This document shows, one piece after another, positions 30,183 to 42,317 of a stretch of DNA of 64,000 bases. This DNA is from Carpediemonas membranifera BICM (taxonomy: Eukaryota; Protista; Fornicata). Both the position numbers and the translations under genes were made by a program. A model generated the notes under the pieces. The model searched no databases, was not told where the DNA came from, and saw only the letters and a list, made by a program, of their open reading frames with translations. How positions within the stretch are numbered: the first letter of the stretch is position 1; the number at the start of each line of letters is the position of its first letter. The stretch lies in NCBI GenBank assembly GCA_019828565.1, contig JAHDYR010000038.1, positions 760,735 through 824,734 of the forward strand, read 5' to 3'.

Positions 30183-30978
30183 TTACGTCGGGCCTGGGAC
30201 GCCCCGAAGCTCAGCCAGACGCTGCTCCAGCATCCCAATCTCCCGCTCCATCTCTGCGATGTCGACTCTGGGCGAACTCTGCAGGACGAGGGCCAGCCGC
30301 TGTTGCTCCTCCGCCAGACCACGGAGGGAAACCTGGCAGCTGGCGATGGACTGGCCCACTGACTGTATCTGTGCCTCGAGCTGGCCCCTGTTGAGGTCGA
30401 CTGTCTCCAAGGAGTCTGTGGCAACGTCGAGGTCCGCCGCTACGGTCTCGACCTCGGACTGAAGCTGGGAGCGCTGTCTGCTGAGCCGCTCGAATGCCTG
30501 CCACTCGGGGTGGGCCTTGAGGTCGCCCTCTGCCTTCTCGATGATCGCTGCCATGTTCTTCTGGTGCTGCTTGAACATTTCTTCGAGGTGGGCCTCGCGC
30601 TTCTTCGCATGTGCCGTCTTCTGCTTCCAGAACAAAAGTTCTGTCTTGAGTCGCGGGATGTCTGTGTGAGCTGGGGTGGGTCGGCGAACCTCTCATCATC
30701 TTGGTCTCGTACATCTTCCGGTTGAGCGCTTGGTACTTCAGGAACTCGCTGTCAGAGGAGATCTTTTGTAGCTTAGCCTGCATATGCGTGATCCTATAGT
30801 CCTATGTGTTAGTGAATGAGTGATTGAACGAACTACAAAGGGCCGAGGACTTCAGAATACGGAGACGGTTGTTAACCTCGCCGAATTCTTTCTCATCATG
30901 CTCGATACTGTCTTGGAGCTTCTGTATATGCCCAATAAGATCCATATGGCCACGCGTGCTCTTCTCTTCTGCGCCCAT
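30183..30978 (-). CDS. Multi-exon coiled-coil hypothetical protein
   Basis: Exon MGAEEKS...; 28-nt intron 30662..30689 joins MMR-DIPRLK in frame. Boundaries of the first intron (~30795-30835) not resolved. Confidence 0.55.
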
Positions 30979-31134
30979 GCTCGTGTTTCACCAATCTTCG
31001 TCTTCCGGACAAACTGACCCGGTTGACCCAGAAGTTGATATGCCCCGACAAGGCATCACAGCTCGCGCTGCACGTATTTATCCGGCGAATGGCATCGCTC
31101 CGCCTTTGATTTCCCTCTCCGCCCACGACTTCAT

Positions 31135-31471
31135 TCATACGGCCCGGAGCGGGTTAGGGCTCTCGGCAAAGGGGATGATGGCGATGTCGGTGCCTGCAAG
31201 CTGTACTATGGACGCGATGGCGTGCTGGACGTGGGCGTAGTCCCTGTGTGAGGAGCTGGGAGGGGTGGACATACTGTGAGGCGACGCGGATGGTTGCTTT
31301 TGCTGGAGTGCAAGAGGAATCGAACTTGAAAACGCTGAATTCGTGACTGGATTCGCTGCCATACAGCTCACGAAGCATGCTGGCGATGTGGTACGAAAGG
31401 CCCTCCGCATCGAGTGCATGTCCACTCCTGGGTAATGAAACGTGAACGATGGACGAACTTTGCTGAATCAT
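31135..31471 (-). CDS. Rpp14/Pop5-family RNase P/MRP subunit (31-nt intron 31244..31274)
   Basis: Spliced product HIASMLRELYG...FSVFKFD...ATIRVASQDYAHVQHAI...ESPNPLRAV fits the Rpp14/Pop8 pattern. Confidence 0.6.
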
Positions 31472-31841
31472 ACATGATAGTAACGCCAATAAAGACGTCT
31501 GGTGCCTTGATACAGTACTTTTGCATCGTCGAGTAGCAGGATAACCCAACGGCTGAGAAATTCAAGCTCGGTTTGGGGGATAGCTCGGGATGTCAGCACT
31601 AGATGATGCTTAGCCGATGTTCCATATGTGGCATGTCGTATGAGGCACTGGTTGGGCATTATACACTGACCCAGCCATGGTCACCGCTGACTGATCCAAG
31701 CAAAGGGGTGGCTCAGCCAGAGGCATCGGCAAGGTACACATACAGTCTCGCGCCTCCACTCCCACGACACAGCGGTGAAGCATGCATCTTTATGTCTTGA
31801 CCTGAGCTGGGTTGGGGGTATGGGTACAGGGGTGGCGGTGC

Positions 31842-33204
<1,363 letters not shown>

Positions 33205-33464
33205 GCTGCTTGATTTAGACGAATAAAATGTCACTTATATGGCACGCTAATAGCTCGGCAGGGCAAGTGGGGCTCTGGATGTGTGCTTGTGGTGGTCGAA
33301 TTCGGATTGATGAACGACCGACGTGAAAGCCACAAAAACTGCGAGCACCACGGTATTGGCTGTATACAGTAGGAGCGCGCTGGCCGGGCAGTGCTGACGA
33401 GAGCCAGCTTGGTATGCAGCCATTCGAAAACGCAGTTTTAGTGATAGTGTGCGGCCGATTGACG

Positions 33465-33945
33465 ATGAACGCACCTCGTGAGACTAACCTTCTCAGGGTG
33501 GATATCAACCAAGCTGTTGAGAGCAATCTATTCGACAGAGCCATCCCTGTGGGCACGGATGAAGCTCTTGCCCTCCTCATGGACGCAAAGCGCGACGCAG
33601 AGAGCAACAACTCTGAAATCACATCATCAATCGCTAAGTGCTATGACTGGCTTGATCGCTTGCCTCATCTCGGCGACTTTGAAGCCGTTCGGAAGTATGT
33701 CCGCCTTTTCGTTCTCACCCAGCAGCCTGACGATGACCGAGGACGACATGATGCAGCTCCATCCCCTCGAGATCGCCCAGATCCTCACACTGCTGCCTCA
33801 TTCTCCCGCAGAGGCCGAGATGCTGATCACGTCCCTCAAACGATTCCATGAGCTCGGTGGGGCCGACGCCATCCGCGAGAAAATGGAGCAGGCGTGCCAG
33901 CTCATCGCAGCGAACATCACGAAGACGGACTTCGATGAATTCTAG
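33465..33945 (+). CDS. RPB4: RNA polymerase II subunit RPB4 (28-nt intron 33695..33722)
   Basis: LHPLEIAQILTLLPHSPAEAEMLITSL matches the RPB4 HRDC-like motif. Confidence 0.8.
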
Positions 33946-34127
33946 GCGGTCTTCCCTTGGGACGGGCCCAGTACTATAAATTTATCTCAGGATGAAGACT
34001 GGTGTGGACGATGTCGAACGTTTGGTCCTGTCCCGACCACAGGGAGTGCTGAAAGCCACATACACATCCTCATGCCCGCACTGAGCCCCGAGAGGACCGT
34101 CGTTGACCTGCGTATCTAGCGTCAACA

Positions 34128-35103
34128 ATGATCGGCGTGGTAATTGGCCTCGAGGGTGGTGGGTCCAGCACTAAAGGTGTTGCTATGACGACTGATGGCA
34201 CCATAATAGGCTCTGTTTGTGTAGAGAAGCCTTCCAACACCTTCGTATGTTGATACTAGCCAGCTCACACAGCTTAACACCATAGATGAGGTAGTTGACG
34301 GCATGAAAACCGTCATTGACGATCTTATTACCTCCAGTGAGCACCATATTATCGCCATTGGCTGCGGAATGTCCGGCATCGAGGTCACCGACACCGCCCG
34401 CATCACCGCCCTCACCGCCGCCCTCACGGCCCACACAGGCGTCCAGCACGTCGTGATAGACAACGATGCCATCGCCTCCGCCTTTGTACTGTCCAACCGC
34501 GGCGCCGTTGTCTGCATAGCGGGCACGGGTTCGGCTGTCCGGATGGTGGCGCCCGACCGGTCGTTCAAGAGGGCCGGCGGCTGGGGGCATCTGCTGGGGG
34601 ATAGGGGGTCCGGCTTCGCTGTGGCGATAGGGGCACTGCAGCGGGTGTATGACCACGAGGACGGGGTCGAGCCCATCCCCCTCTCCGACCAGGTCCTCGT
34701 GGACGCGGTGGCGGCACATTTCGGACTCGAGCACCGTGACGACATCCTGCCCCAGCTGTACGACAACTTCAATAAGGCGCACATCGCCTCGCTGACCTCC
34801 CGTCTCGCGCCCCTCGCCCGGTCGGGCAACATGGTGGCGATAGAGCTGTTCGAGAAGGCTGGCAGGGATCTGTGTGACATGGTCATGGCCGTGTTGCCCT
34901 CCAGCGCGGGTACCAGGGAAGCAGACCGCGTGGACGTCGTCTGCATCGGCTCCATGTGGAAGAGCTTTGATTTACTCAAATCCGGGTTTGTGGCCGATGC
35001 CCCGTTCCGTCTTCTAAAGCCCTCGGTGCCCGCGGGGGTGGGGGCGGCCGTGATGACGGGGCGGGTGGCATGGGTGGACGATGCCGCCACAGAGCTGTGC
35101 TGA
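34128..35103 (+). CDS. NAGK: N-acetylglucosamine kinase / BadF-type ATPase (28-nt intron 34245..34272)
   Basis: GLEGGGSST, NDA, IAGTGS, RAGGWGHLLGDRGSGF. Confidence 0.85.
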
Positions 35104-35176
35104 TAGGTGATAAAATTGCTTAATAATGGTAATAAGGCAGACCTTGCCCTCTGTGTCCTCTGTGAGATCAGGGGCC

Positions 35177-38050
35177 GTGCCATGTCGGTCGCGAGCAGTT
35201 TACATCCGAAAATCGCGCCGTTCGAAGCGACGCAGTGCTGTGGCCTGGATCACGGCCACTACTGCAGCGAGGCTGGGGAGTGGTATCGCGTGCAATGGTC
35301 AGGGACCTTCATCTATCTAAACATGGTCGGCCCCACGTTGTCCGGGACTGGTTCGTGGGCCGCAAGGTCTGCCGCATCAGTCTGCTCGAGTGAGCGCTGT
35401 AAACCTAGCATTGTGCTGGCGATGGACTACGGGGCGGAGGGTGCCGCTGAGCGTGCTGAAGTCGACCAAGGTCACGGCCGGGGACCTGATGAGGGGGAGG
35501 ACGCCCGGGCGCAGGTAAATGCTGACGGCGCGGGGTGTTGCGCAGGCAGCGGAGTTTAGACCATTTTCGTCACGCGACATTCGAGCAACACACAAACTCT
35601 CGATAACGCGAAGCTGCCGAAAGTACGTTATCACGGAGCTATTCTCACACAGATGGTGCGTTACAACAGCAGCAACACGGCTGCAGCGCGATTCTCTCTC
35701 ACAGCACGCCTGACGCGTTTGATCCGCAAATTCCATGATTACACAGCCAGTGGTACGTATCGAGGCCGTATTCTCACGCAGCGACGACTGCAGAGCAGTA
35801 GACGCTCAGATCCGCACCGCAATCTCCGAGCGCCCCGGCCCCGAGGGCATCCAGGTCCGCAAGCGAGGCGAGACGCCGATCACCGTCCAGGACCTCGAGC
35901 AGGTCGTCCAGTACCTGCTCAGCGCGGGCATAGAACCTGATACGCTGACGATGGAGCTCACTGAGCCCGCCGTTACCGTCACGATGGTGGATGGCAGACT
36001 CGAGGCCGACCATGAAGATGGCTCGGTTGAGCTCGCGCTCGAAGCGTGGAACACGCGGTCCACAGAGCCTATGGATGCTGGTGTGTGCATTAAGACACTG
36101 ACAGGGCATGGCAATCAGGTGCTTGGTGTCGCCACCTCCCCCGACGGCACCATCGTCACTGCGTCACCTGATGGCACCGTCAAACAGTGGGACTCGGCCA
36201 ATGGTCAGTGTATCAGGACCATGACGCATGGATGCTATGTGTACGCCGTTGCCGTGTCGCCGGACGGGTCGACCCACCCCGAGGCCCGCTGGTCCGTCCG
36301 CCGCGCCCTGGCCGACGGCCTCTTCACCGCCTCGGCCAACGAGCTGGACCCCGAGGTCGACCTCAACGCGGCGAGCAGCAGGTTCGCGAGCGCCCACGCC
36401 TTCGTCGACGACATCGACCGCGCGCGCCTGCAGATGTTCCGCGAGGAGCCGATCGACATCGCCCTCGCTGACGACGTTTCGGCGAGCCTGGCCAGCATCG
36501 CTGCGTGCGAGGAGGACCTGTTCGCCATCCCCGCGACGCTCTCGGGCGACGACTCCGCGAAGGCCCTGCCCGACCTGGTCGTCGAGCTGCCGCGCGTGGC
36601 CGTCCGCCAGGCCGTCGGGGGCATGGAGTTCGCTGTGCCCATCTTCCGCGAGTGCACGCTGGTCCTCTCGCCCGATGCCCTCGACATGCCGCTCGACGAC
36701 CTGCGCCCGGTCCTGCTGGGGCTCGGCCGCGTGCTGCAGCTCATGCTGCTCGACGGCATCACCCTGCCCGCGGACATGGTTAGCGACGCCTGGCTCGTCG
36801 CGCTCACGGGCGGCCGCGTCGACCTGGGAGCGCTGATGCCCATCGTCGCCCGGGCGCTGCAGCGGTCTGTTGCGGAGGCTGCGGCCGCGTGCCCGCTCGA
36901 GGGCTTCGAGGGCGACCTCAAGGCGCGCGACGACGAGACGCGCCGCCGCTTCGCCTTCCACGTGTTCGGCGGCCAGCTCCCCCAGCCCGGCTCCGTCGAC
37001 GTGACCCTCCACGACGACCACCGCGTGTACTCCGACTGCGCGGGGGGCGCCCGCCTCCCTCGTCTGGAGGACGCCGGCCAGATGCGCCAGGCGGTGCTCG
37101 ACTCGGCCCCTGCTACAGCAGTCGCGGCCGCCGACTTCTACGTCATCCCGCGCCGCGTGCCCTACTCGCGGGCCGAGATCAACACCCTGGCCGAGCAGAA
37201 CGACATCCTCCAGACGTGCCGTCTGGTCACGCTCGGCAGAGGCGCCGCCGTGGACGTCCCCGTCTACCGCCGCTGCCCCACATGCGGTGAGCTGACAACA
37301 CGCGAGGGCGACCTGGACAGCTGCAAGATGTCGGCGTGCCGGTGCGGCCAGGACTTCTGCCACAAGTGCCTGCTCTGCGTGGCCAGCCAGGAAGAGCACA
37401 TGGCCCACTACGGCGGCGAGTGCGAGATGGCGCCGCGCCAGACAGTCGACCTGCCCGAGGGCGTCGCCAGGCTGCGCACGTTCGCATGCCCCCACTGCCA
37501 TCGCTCGGCCACGGTCAGCGCGAACCGGAGGCAGCTTGCGTGCCGCGGGTGCGGGAACACAGTCTGCCTCGGCCACGACGACCCCGTCATCCACGACGGC
37601 AGCTGCGAGCACTACGACGAGATGCTGGCGAACCGACTGGGCTATCGCCGCTGCCCCGGGTGCGGCGTGCGCTACTACAAGGACGGCGGGTGCCAGCACA
37701 TGAGGTGCAGGTGCGGCCAGACGTGGAATGAGTAAAGGTCTGTTGTAGCAGTGCGATGGATGCTCGGAGCAGCTTGACCCTGCCAGCTCGTTCTCCATGT
37801 CGCCGTCTCCGTTTACTCTCCCTGCCCTCCTTCCTCGTCAAACCGCAGCCGGGTCGACCGCACCACCCTCGCGAGGTTCCTGGACCCAGCGTGCACGCCT
37901 GGTTCAAGAAGGCCAAGCACCGCACTCATCGTTTATCTGCGGATTCCCGGTGCCCCAGGGCGTTCGGTCGATACCCTTGCCTGTCAACCTCGACCAGGGG
38001 ATGATACTCGCAGTGCCGTGGATACGACTCGACCGCGAGAGGCACGCGGG
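35177..38050 (+). repeat. Copy B of duplicated unit (inverted relative to A)
   Basis: Near-identical to the reverse complement of 6905..13063, apart from two large deletions and a ~108-bp insertion at 35232..35339. Confidence 0.9.
35735..37735 (+). CDS. Internally deleted paralog (666 aa): N-terminal repeat, partial WD40, partial HECT-like, RBR fingers
   Basis: Same start and stop as copy A. In-frame deletions of 1052 and 74 codons account exactly for 1792-666. Could be a pseudogene. Confidence 0.7.
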   Translation: MITQPVVRIEAVFSRSDDCRAVDAQIRTAISERPGPEGIQVRKRGETPITVQDLEQVVQYLLSAGIEPDTLTMELTEPAVTVTMVDGRLEADHEDGSVELALEAWNTRSTEPMDAGVCIKTLTGHGNQVLGVATSPDGTIVTASPDGTVKQWDSANGQCIRTMTHGCYVYAVAVSPDGSTHPEARWSVRRALADGLFTASANELDPEVDLNAASSRFASAHAFVDDIDRARLQMFREEPIDIALADDVSASLASIAACEEDLFAIPATLSGDDSAKALPDLVVELPRVAVRQAVGGMEFAVPIFRECTLVLSPDALDMPLDDLRPVLLGLGRVLQLMLLDGITLPADMVSDAWLVALTGGRVDLGALMPIVARALQRSVAEAAAACPLEGFEGDLKARDDETRRRFAFHVFGGQLPQPGSVDVTLHDDHRVYSDCAGGARLPRLEDAGQMRQAVLDSAPATAVAAADFYVIPRRVPYSRAEINTLAEQNDILQTCRLVTLGRGAAVDVPVYRRCPTCGELTTREGDLDSCKMSACRCGQDFCHKCLLCVASQEEHMAHYGGECEMAPRQTVDLPEGVARLRTFACPHCHRSATVSANRRQLACRGCGNTVCLGHDDPVIHDGSCEHYDEMLANRLGYRRCPGCGVRYYKDGGCQHMRCRCGQTWNE

Positions 38051-38108
38051 ACTCTATCAAGGCAGATGGGAAGGAGCCTTTATCCTGAAGAGAAGTTCCT
38101 TCTGTTTA

Positions 38109-40193
38109 TTAAAGTAGGAGCGCCAGCAGGGACACGACTGCGAGCACAGCCAGGCGGGGCATGTCAGCGGCGTCCTTGCGGATGTAGATGTCGTCGTACT
38201 TGAGCGTCATCGCGTCCATGAAGACCGTCTCATCCGCCTTCGTCAGCACGGGAACGACTGTGACGGACCCGGAGCTGCCAACGGCAAACAGCGAGCTGGA
38301 GTTGAACTTGCGGCACTGCAGCCCGGTGCCGTTCACCGTCATGGTAGATAGAGGCCACGTCGTGGTGACGTCCGCGAAAGAGGAGCCGGAGAGGTGCAGC
38401 GTCACGTTGTAGTCGCCGCTGAGGGTGTGGGCGGCCTTGTTGTTGTCGAAGTTCTTGAGGCAGAGGTTGAATGTGTAGTTGGCGTTCGTGACAACCTTGG
38501 TGGCGCTCCTCCCATCGTCACCAAGCAGGGCGAAGTAAGAGTCGCGCGTGTTGACCGCAGGCGGGCTGACGGTGAAGCCAGTGGTGAACGCCATCGGCAT
38601 CCAGTACTCCGCGGTGCCGTAGATGAGCTTCAGGCTGTAGTCCCCGGCGGGCATCGTGAAGTTGGCCCCGCGGTATCGGTACACGGCGCCCGAGTGGGCC
38701 TTGGAGAAGGTGCCGAGAGCAGACCCGGCCGACGTCTCGAGCTGGATCGTGGGGGACCCGGGGAACGCGGGGACGGCCTGCAGCTCGCCGGTCGACCCAA
38801 CGCTAACCTTGTGTGGGTTAACGACGAGGCTGGAGTCGCCCTGTGCGAAGACGGCGGACCCGTAGGCGACCCTGGTGTTGACGCAGGACTGGGCGGTGGT
38901 GCCCGTGCCCGTCTGGTAGTTGTCGGACATACCGAAGGAGTACACCTCGTTCGTCGAGGTCACGTAGAGGCCGTGGTTGTCGCCAGCGGCGATGTCCTTG
39001 ACAGAGATGCCCGTGGCCTCAGGGTCGTTCGTGCTGTCGTCCTTGCAAGTGCCCCGGGCGCTCTTGCCGTCGTTCTCGTTGCCCGCAGTATACAGGGCGC
39101 CGCGTGCGATGAATGCCGTGAAGTCGAGACCAGAGGCGACCTTAGTGGGGTCGATGTTGTCGACCTCCTGGGCCGCAAGGTTGTAGTGGTCGGTGTCAGC
39201 GCCACCGCGGCCCTCCAGGTTATGGCCGAAGACGTAGCCGTCGTCGTAGCCGTGCTCGATCAGGAAGGAAATGTGCTTGCCGCAGTAGATGGCGATGATG
39301 TCCTCGCCGACGATCTCGGACCCGCCGTCCTCGCTGATGTCGGTCCAACTCGTCAGGGCAGACGCGGCCTTGCCGAGGGCCTGGTTGTAGTCGTTCTTGC
39401 CAATGGCGAGAACGTCGTTGTCGTCGTCGAGCATGAGTGCGTGGTCGTAGCCCGCGCACACCTGGGTGACCCACTCATCGTCGTAGTTGGTGTTCTCGAT
39501 CTTAGTCAGCGTGCCGCTGGTGCCGAGGAACTGCCAGAGATGGCCCGTCGAGTCCGCCATGAGGGTGCCGTAGTTGCCCGACGAGATGTCCATCATGTGG
39601 TACCCCGTGGGTGTGTAGTCCACGATCCCGCTGAGGGTGGTGGAGATGGACGCGGGGTTCTTCCCCATCGCCAGGACGCGGCCAAAGTCCGTCAGCATGA
39701 ACGTAGTAAGGCCGTTGCTAGCGATCTTGGTGACGGTCTCGCCGTCGGTGAGTGCCGAGACGAGGAGGTTGGTGGGGGTCTGCACTGTCGTCGCAGCCAC
39801 GCCCAGCTGGTGGTTCGTGTTGTCGCCGAAGACAGCGATCGAGTGCTTGGACGAAACAGCTGTGCCAGGGGTGACGTACGTCGTGGCGCGGCCCCGGATG
39901 GCGGTGCCGTGGTAGACGATGAACTGGTGCTTACCGGGAGCACTGCAGGACGCGGTGCCGCAGACCATCTTGGTGGTGCTGTTATAGCTCATAATCCACT
40001 TCTGGGACTCGTTAGTGGAGCAGCCGACGTAGTACGACGTCGAGCTGGCCAGATCAAACAACTTTCCGCCGTTCATGCTCTTCATGCAGACGGTAGCATC
40101 TTGGTTCAGGCCAACGACGCCAGGGGCGTACGTGTAAAAGGAATAAGCGTGAACACATGCCACAATTAGGGCTAGGAGGAAAATTCTCGGCAT
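38109..40193 (-). CDS. Secreted, probably GPI-anchored RCC1/BLIP-II-repeat protein
   Basis: Signal peptide MPRIFLLALIVACVHA. Repeats such as VCAGYDH.L..G.N, IAAGDNHGL...YSFG..QTG. Hydrophobic C-terminal end. Confidence 0.8.
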   Translation of the reverse strand: MPRIFLLALIVACVHAYSFYTYAPGVVGLNQDATVCMKSMNGGKLFDLASSTSYYVGCSTNESQKWIMSYNSTTKMVCGTASCSAPGKHQFIVYHGTAIRGRATTYVTPGTAVSSKHSIAVFGDNTNHQLGVAATTVQTPTNLLVSALTDGETVTKIASNGLTTFMLTDFGRVLAMGKNPASISTTLSGIVDYTPTGYHMMDISSGNYGTLMADSTGHLWQFLGTSGTLTKIENTNYDDEWVTQVCAGYDHALMLDDDNDVLAIGKNDYNQALGKAASALTSWTDISEDGGSEIVGEDIIAIYCGKHISFLIEHGYDDGYVFGHNLEGRGGADTDHYNLAAQEVDNIDPTKVASGLDFTAFIARGALYTAGNENDGKSARGTCKDDSTNDPEATGISVKDIAAGDNHGLYVTSTNEVYSFGMSDNYQTGTGTTAQSCVNTRVAYGSAVFAQGDSSLVVNPHKVSVGSTGELQAVPAFPGSPTIQLETSAGSALGTFSKAHSGAVYRYRGANFTMPAGDYSLKLIYGTAEYWMPMAFTTGFTVSPPAVNTRDSYFALLGDDGRSATKVVTNANYTFNLCLKNFDNNKAAHTLSGDYNVTLHLSGSSFADVTTTWPLSTMTVNGTGLQCRKFNSSSLFAVGSSGSVTVVPVLTKADETVFMDAMTLKYDDIYIRKDAADMPRLAVLAVVSLLALLL

Positions 40194-40540
40194 GCAATGT
40201 TGACTCCACAGTCGACTCCGCTAGAATCTCCACTTTCGGAGATCTGGCCGGCCATGGTTGTCGTAGTTTATGTACAACACAGACCATGGTCGTGCTTGGG
40301 TCCAAAATGAGGCCGCATTGCTCGTCGACCCAGAATCGGAAGTTCTATTCAGTCAGTGTGTTTAGCGGCCAATTTCCGCCACTCGTTTTTGCAAACATTT
40401 TCGTCAGTGCTCTTATTGAGCGCTACTGCTGAGATCAATCACGCACGCATCTGACAGGCGATCCTGACCTCTGCTAGCTGGACGGCTTCCATTTTCCAGC
40501 CATCATTGGTGGACCTCAAACATAACCATTAGCGCATCAT

Positions 40541-42160
40541 TTACAAGTCAACCCCACGAGGCTTGACCCACCTCAGCACAGGGTTCTTGGCGGCCCCCAC
40601 CTCGTCGCACCGTCGAACCGGCGTCAGCGTCGGGCTGCTCTTCATCTCGCACGTGTCGTCCTGACAACCGTGGGCCTTGTCAGCCAGACCGATCAAGTCT
40701 CCGGCAAAACGGTCCAGAGAAGTCAACGGCTCGCTCTCGGTAGGTTCGATGAGCATGGCGCCCGAGACGACGAGGGGGAAGTAGACCGTCGGGGGGTGGT
40801 GTCCGGCGTCGAGGAGGCCCTTGGCCATGTCCATCGTCGTGACAGACGTGCCCTTGAGGTAGTGGTCGCTGAGCACGAACTCGTGCATGTTCGGTCCCTC
40901 GAACGGCGCGGTCAGGCCGCCCTCGGTCAGCTCGTGCTGCAGGTAGTTGGCGTTGAGAATGGCGTCTCTGCTGGCCTGGGTGAGGCCCTCCGCGCCCATC
41001 GCTTTGATGTACGCCAATGCCCGCACCATAAGGCCGACCTGTCCTGCAAAGCCCTTGACCCTCCCCAGAGTAGTGTCGGGCGCGTCGGCCTCATCCATGA
41101 GGTGGTACGAGCCGTCGGGGTTCTTGACGACCTTGGGGATGGGGCAGTATGGCGCGAGGAGCTCGGAGAAGACGACGGGGCCGCCGCCAGGGCCTCCGCC
41201 GCCGTGGGGCGTGGAGAACGTCTTGTGGATGTTGATGTGCATGGCGTCGACGCCGAAGTCGTCGACAAGAGCGTTGCCCATGAGGGCGTTGAGGTTGGCG
41301 CCGTCCATGTAGAAGTAGCCGCCCTGCTCGTGGATGAGGTCCGCCATGTTCTTGATCTCGCCCTCAAAGATGCCGAGGGTGTTGGGGTTGGTCAGCATCA
41401 TGCCGGCGACCTTGCCCTCGTACTTCTCGAGGATGGCCTTGAACACGTCCATGTCGACGGTGCCCTCCTTGTTAGCCTGCACCGAGACGACCTTGAAGCC
41501 GCACATCACAGCGGAGGCGGGGTTCGTGCCGTGAGCGGACTCGGGCACGATGATGATGTTGCGGCCGCGCTCCTCCCGCTCCGAGAGGGCCTTCTTGATT
41601 GCCATCAGTCCCGTCAACTCGCCGTGGGCACCGGCGGCGGGGGTCAGGGTGATGTCAGCCATGCCCGTGATGGCCTTGAGTGCCTCACCGAGCTCGTACA
41701 TGATCTGGAGAATGCCCTGGACGGTGCCCTCGGGCTGGTTGGGGTGGATGTTGGCAAGGCCGTCGAGACGGGCGACCTTCTCGTTGACACGGGGGTTGTA
41801 CTTCATGCTGTGTAACGGCGGGGGGTGGGACCAACCTGCAGCTGCCGAGAGGGTATATGCCGGTGTCGATGCAGTAGTTCTTGGCTGAGAGGGTCACGAA
41901 GTGGCGCATCACTTGCGGCTCAGATAGTTCGGGTAGGCCAATCGTGTCGCAGCGGTGGAGGCCGCCTAATCTGCCGTCGTATGCCGCCTCATCAAAGCGA
42001 TGGGGTGCACTACGCGTGCCGCAGAGGCCGGGGAGGGATGATTCAAAGCTGTGTGAGATGCTGCTTGAAGGATCCGAGAATCTCACGGATAATGGAACCG
42101 GGAAAGGACGAACAGAAGAGGAACTGCAACGTTCAGGCCACGAGAGACAGCAAGAGACAT
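40541..42160 (-). CDS. gcvPB: Glycine decarboxylase P-protein subunit 2 (introns 41808..41835 and 42049..42113)
   Basis: [51 protein letters not shown] lysine motif [23 protein letters not shown]. Confidence 0.95.
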
Positions 42161-42317
42161 GATTTGTCAGTATCTGGCGAGACGTTGTCTTCGTTGTGAT
42201 TTGTGGGCCCTGACAGTCGTTGAAAATCCTGCCGCGGCACCCCGCGCTCTGACCAGAAATGAGCAGCATATCGCTCATCCAACATGCACATTCACACATT
42301 CGACTGGAACCCCGCCT

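Noticed and set aside
33985-34060. C/D-box-like motifs (ATGAAGA...CTGA); similar weak case at ~31600-31670
   Set aside because: Imperfect C boxes and no identifiable guide complementarity.
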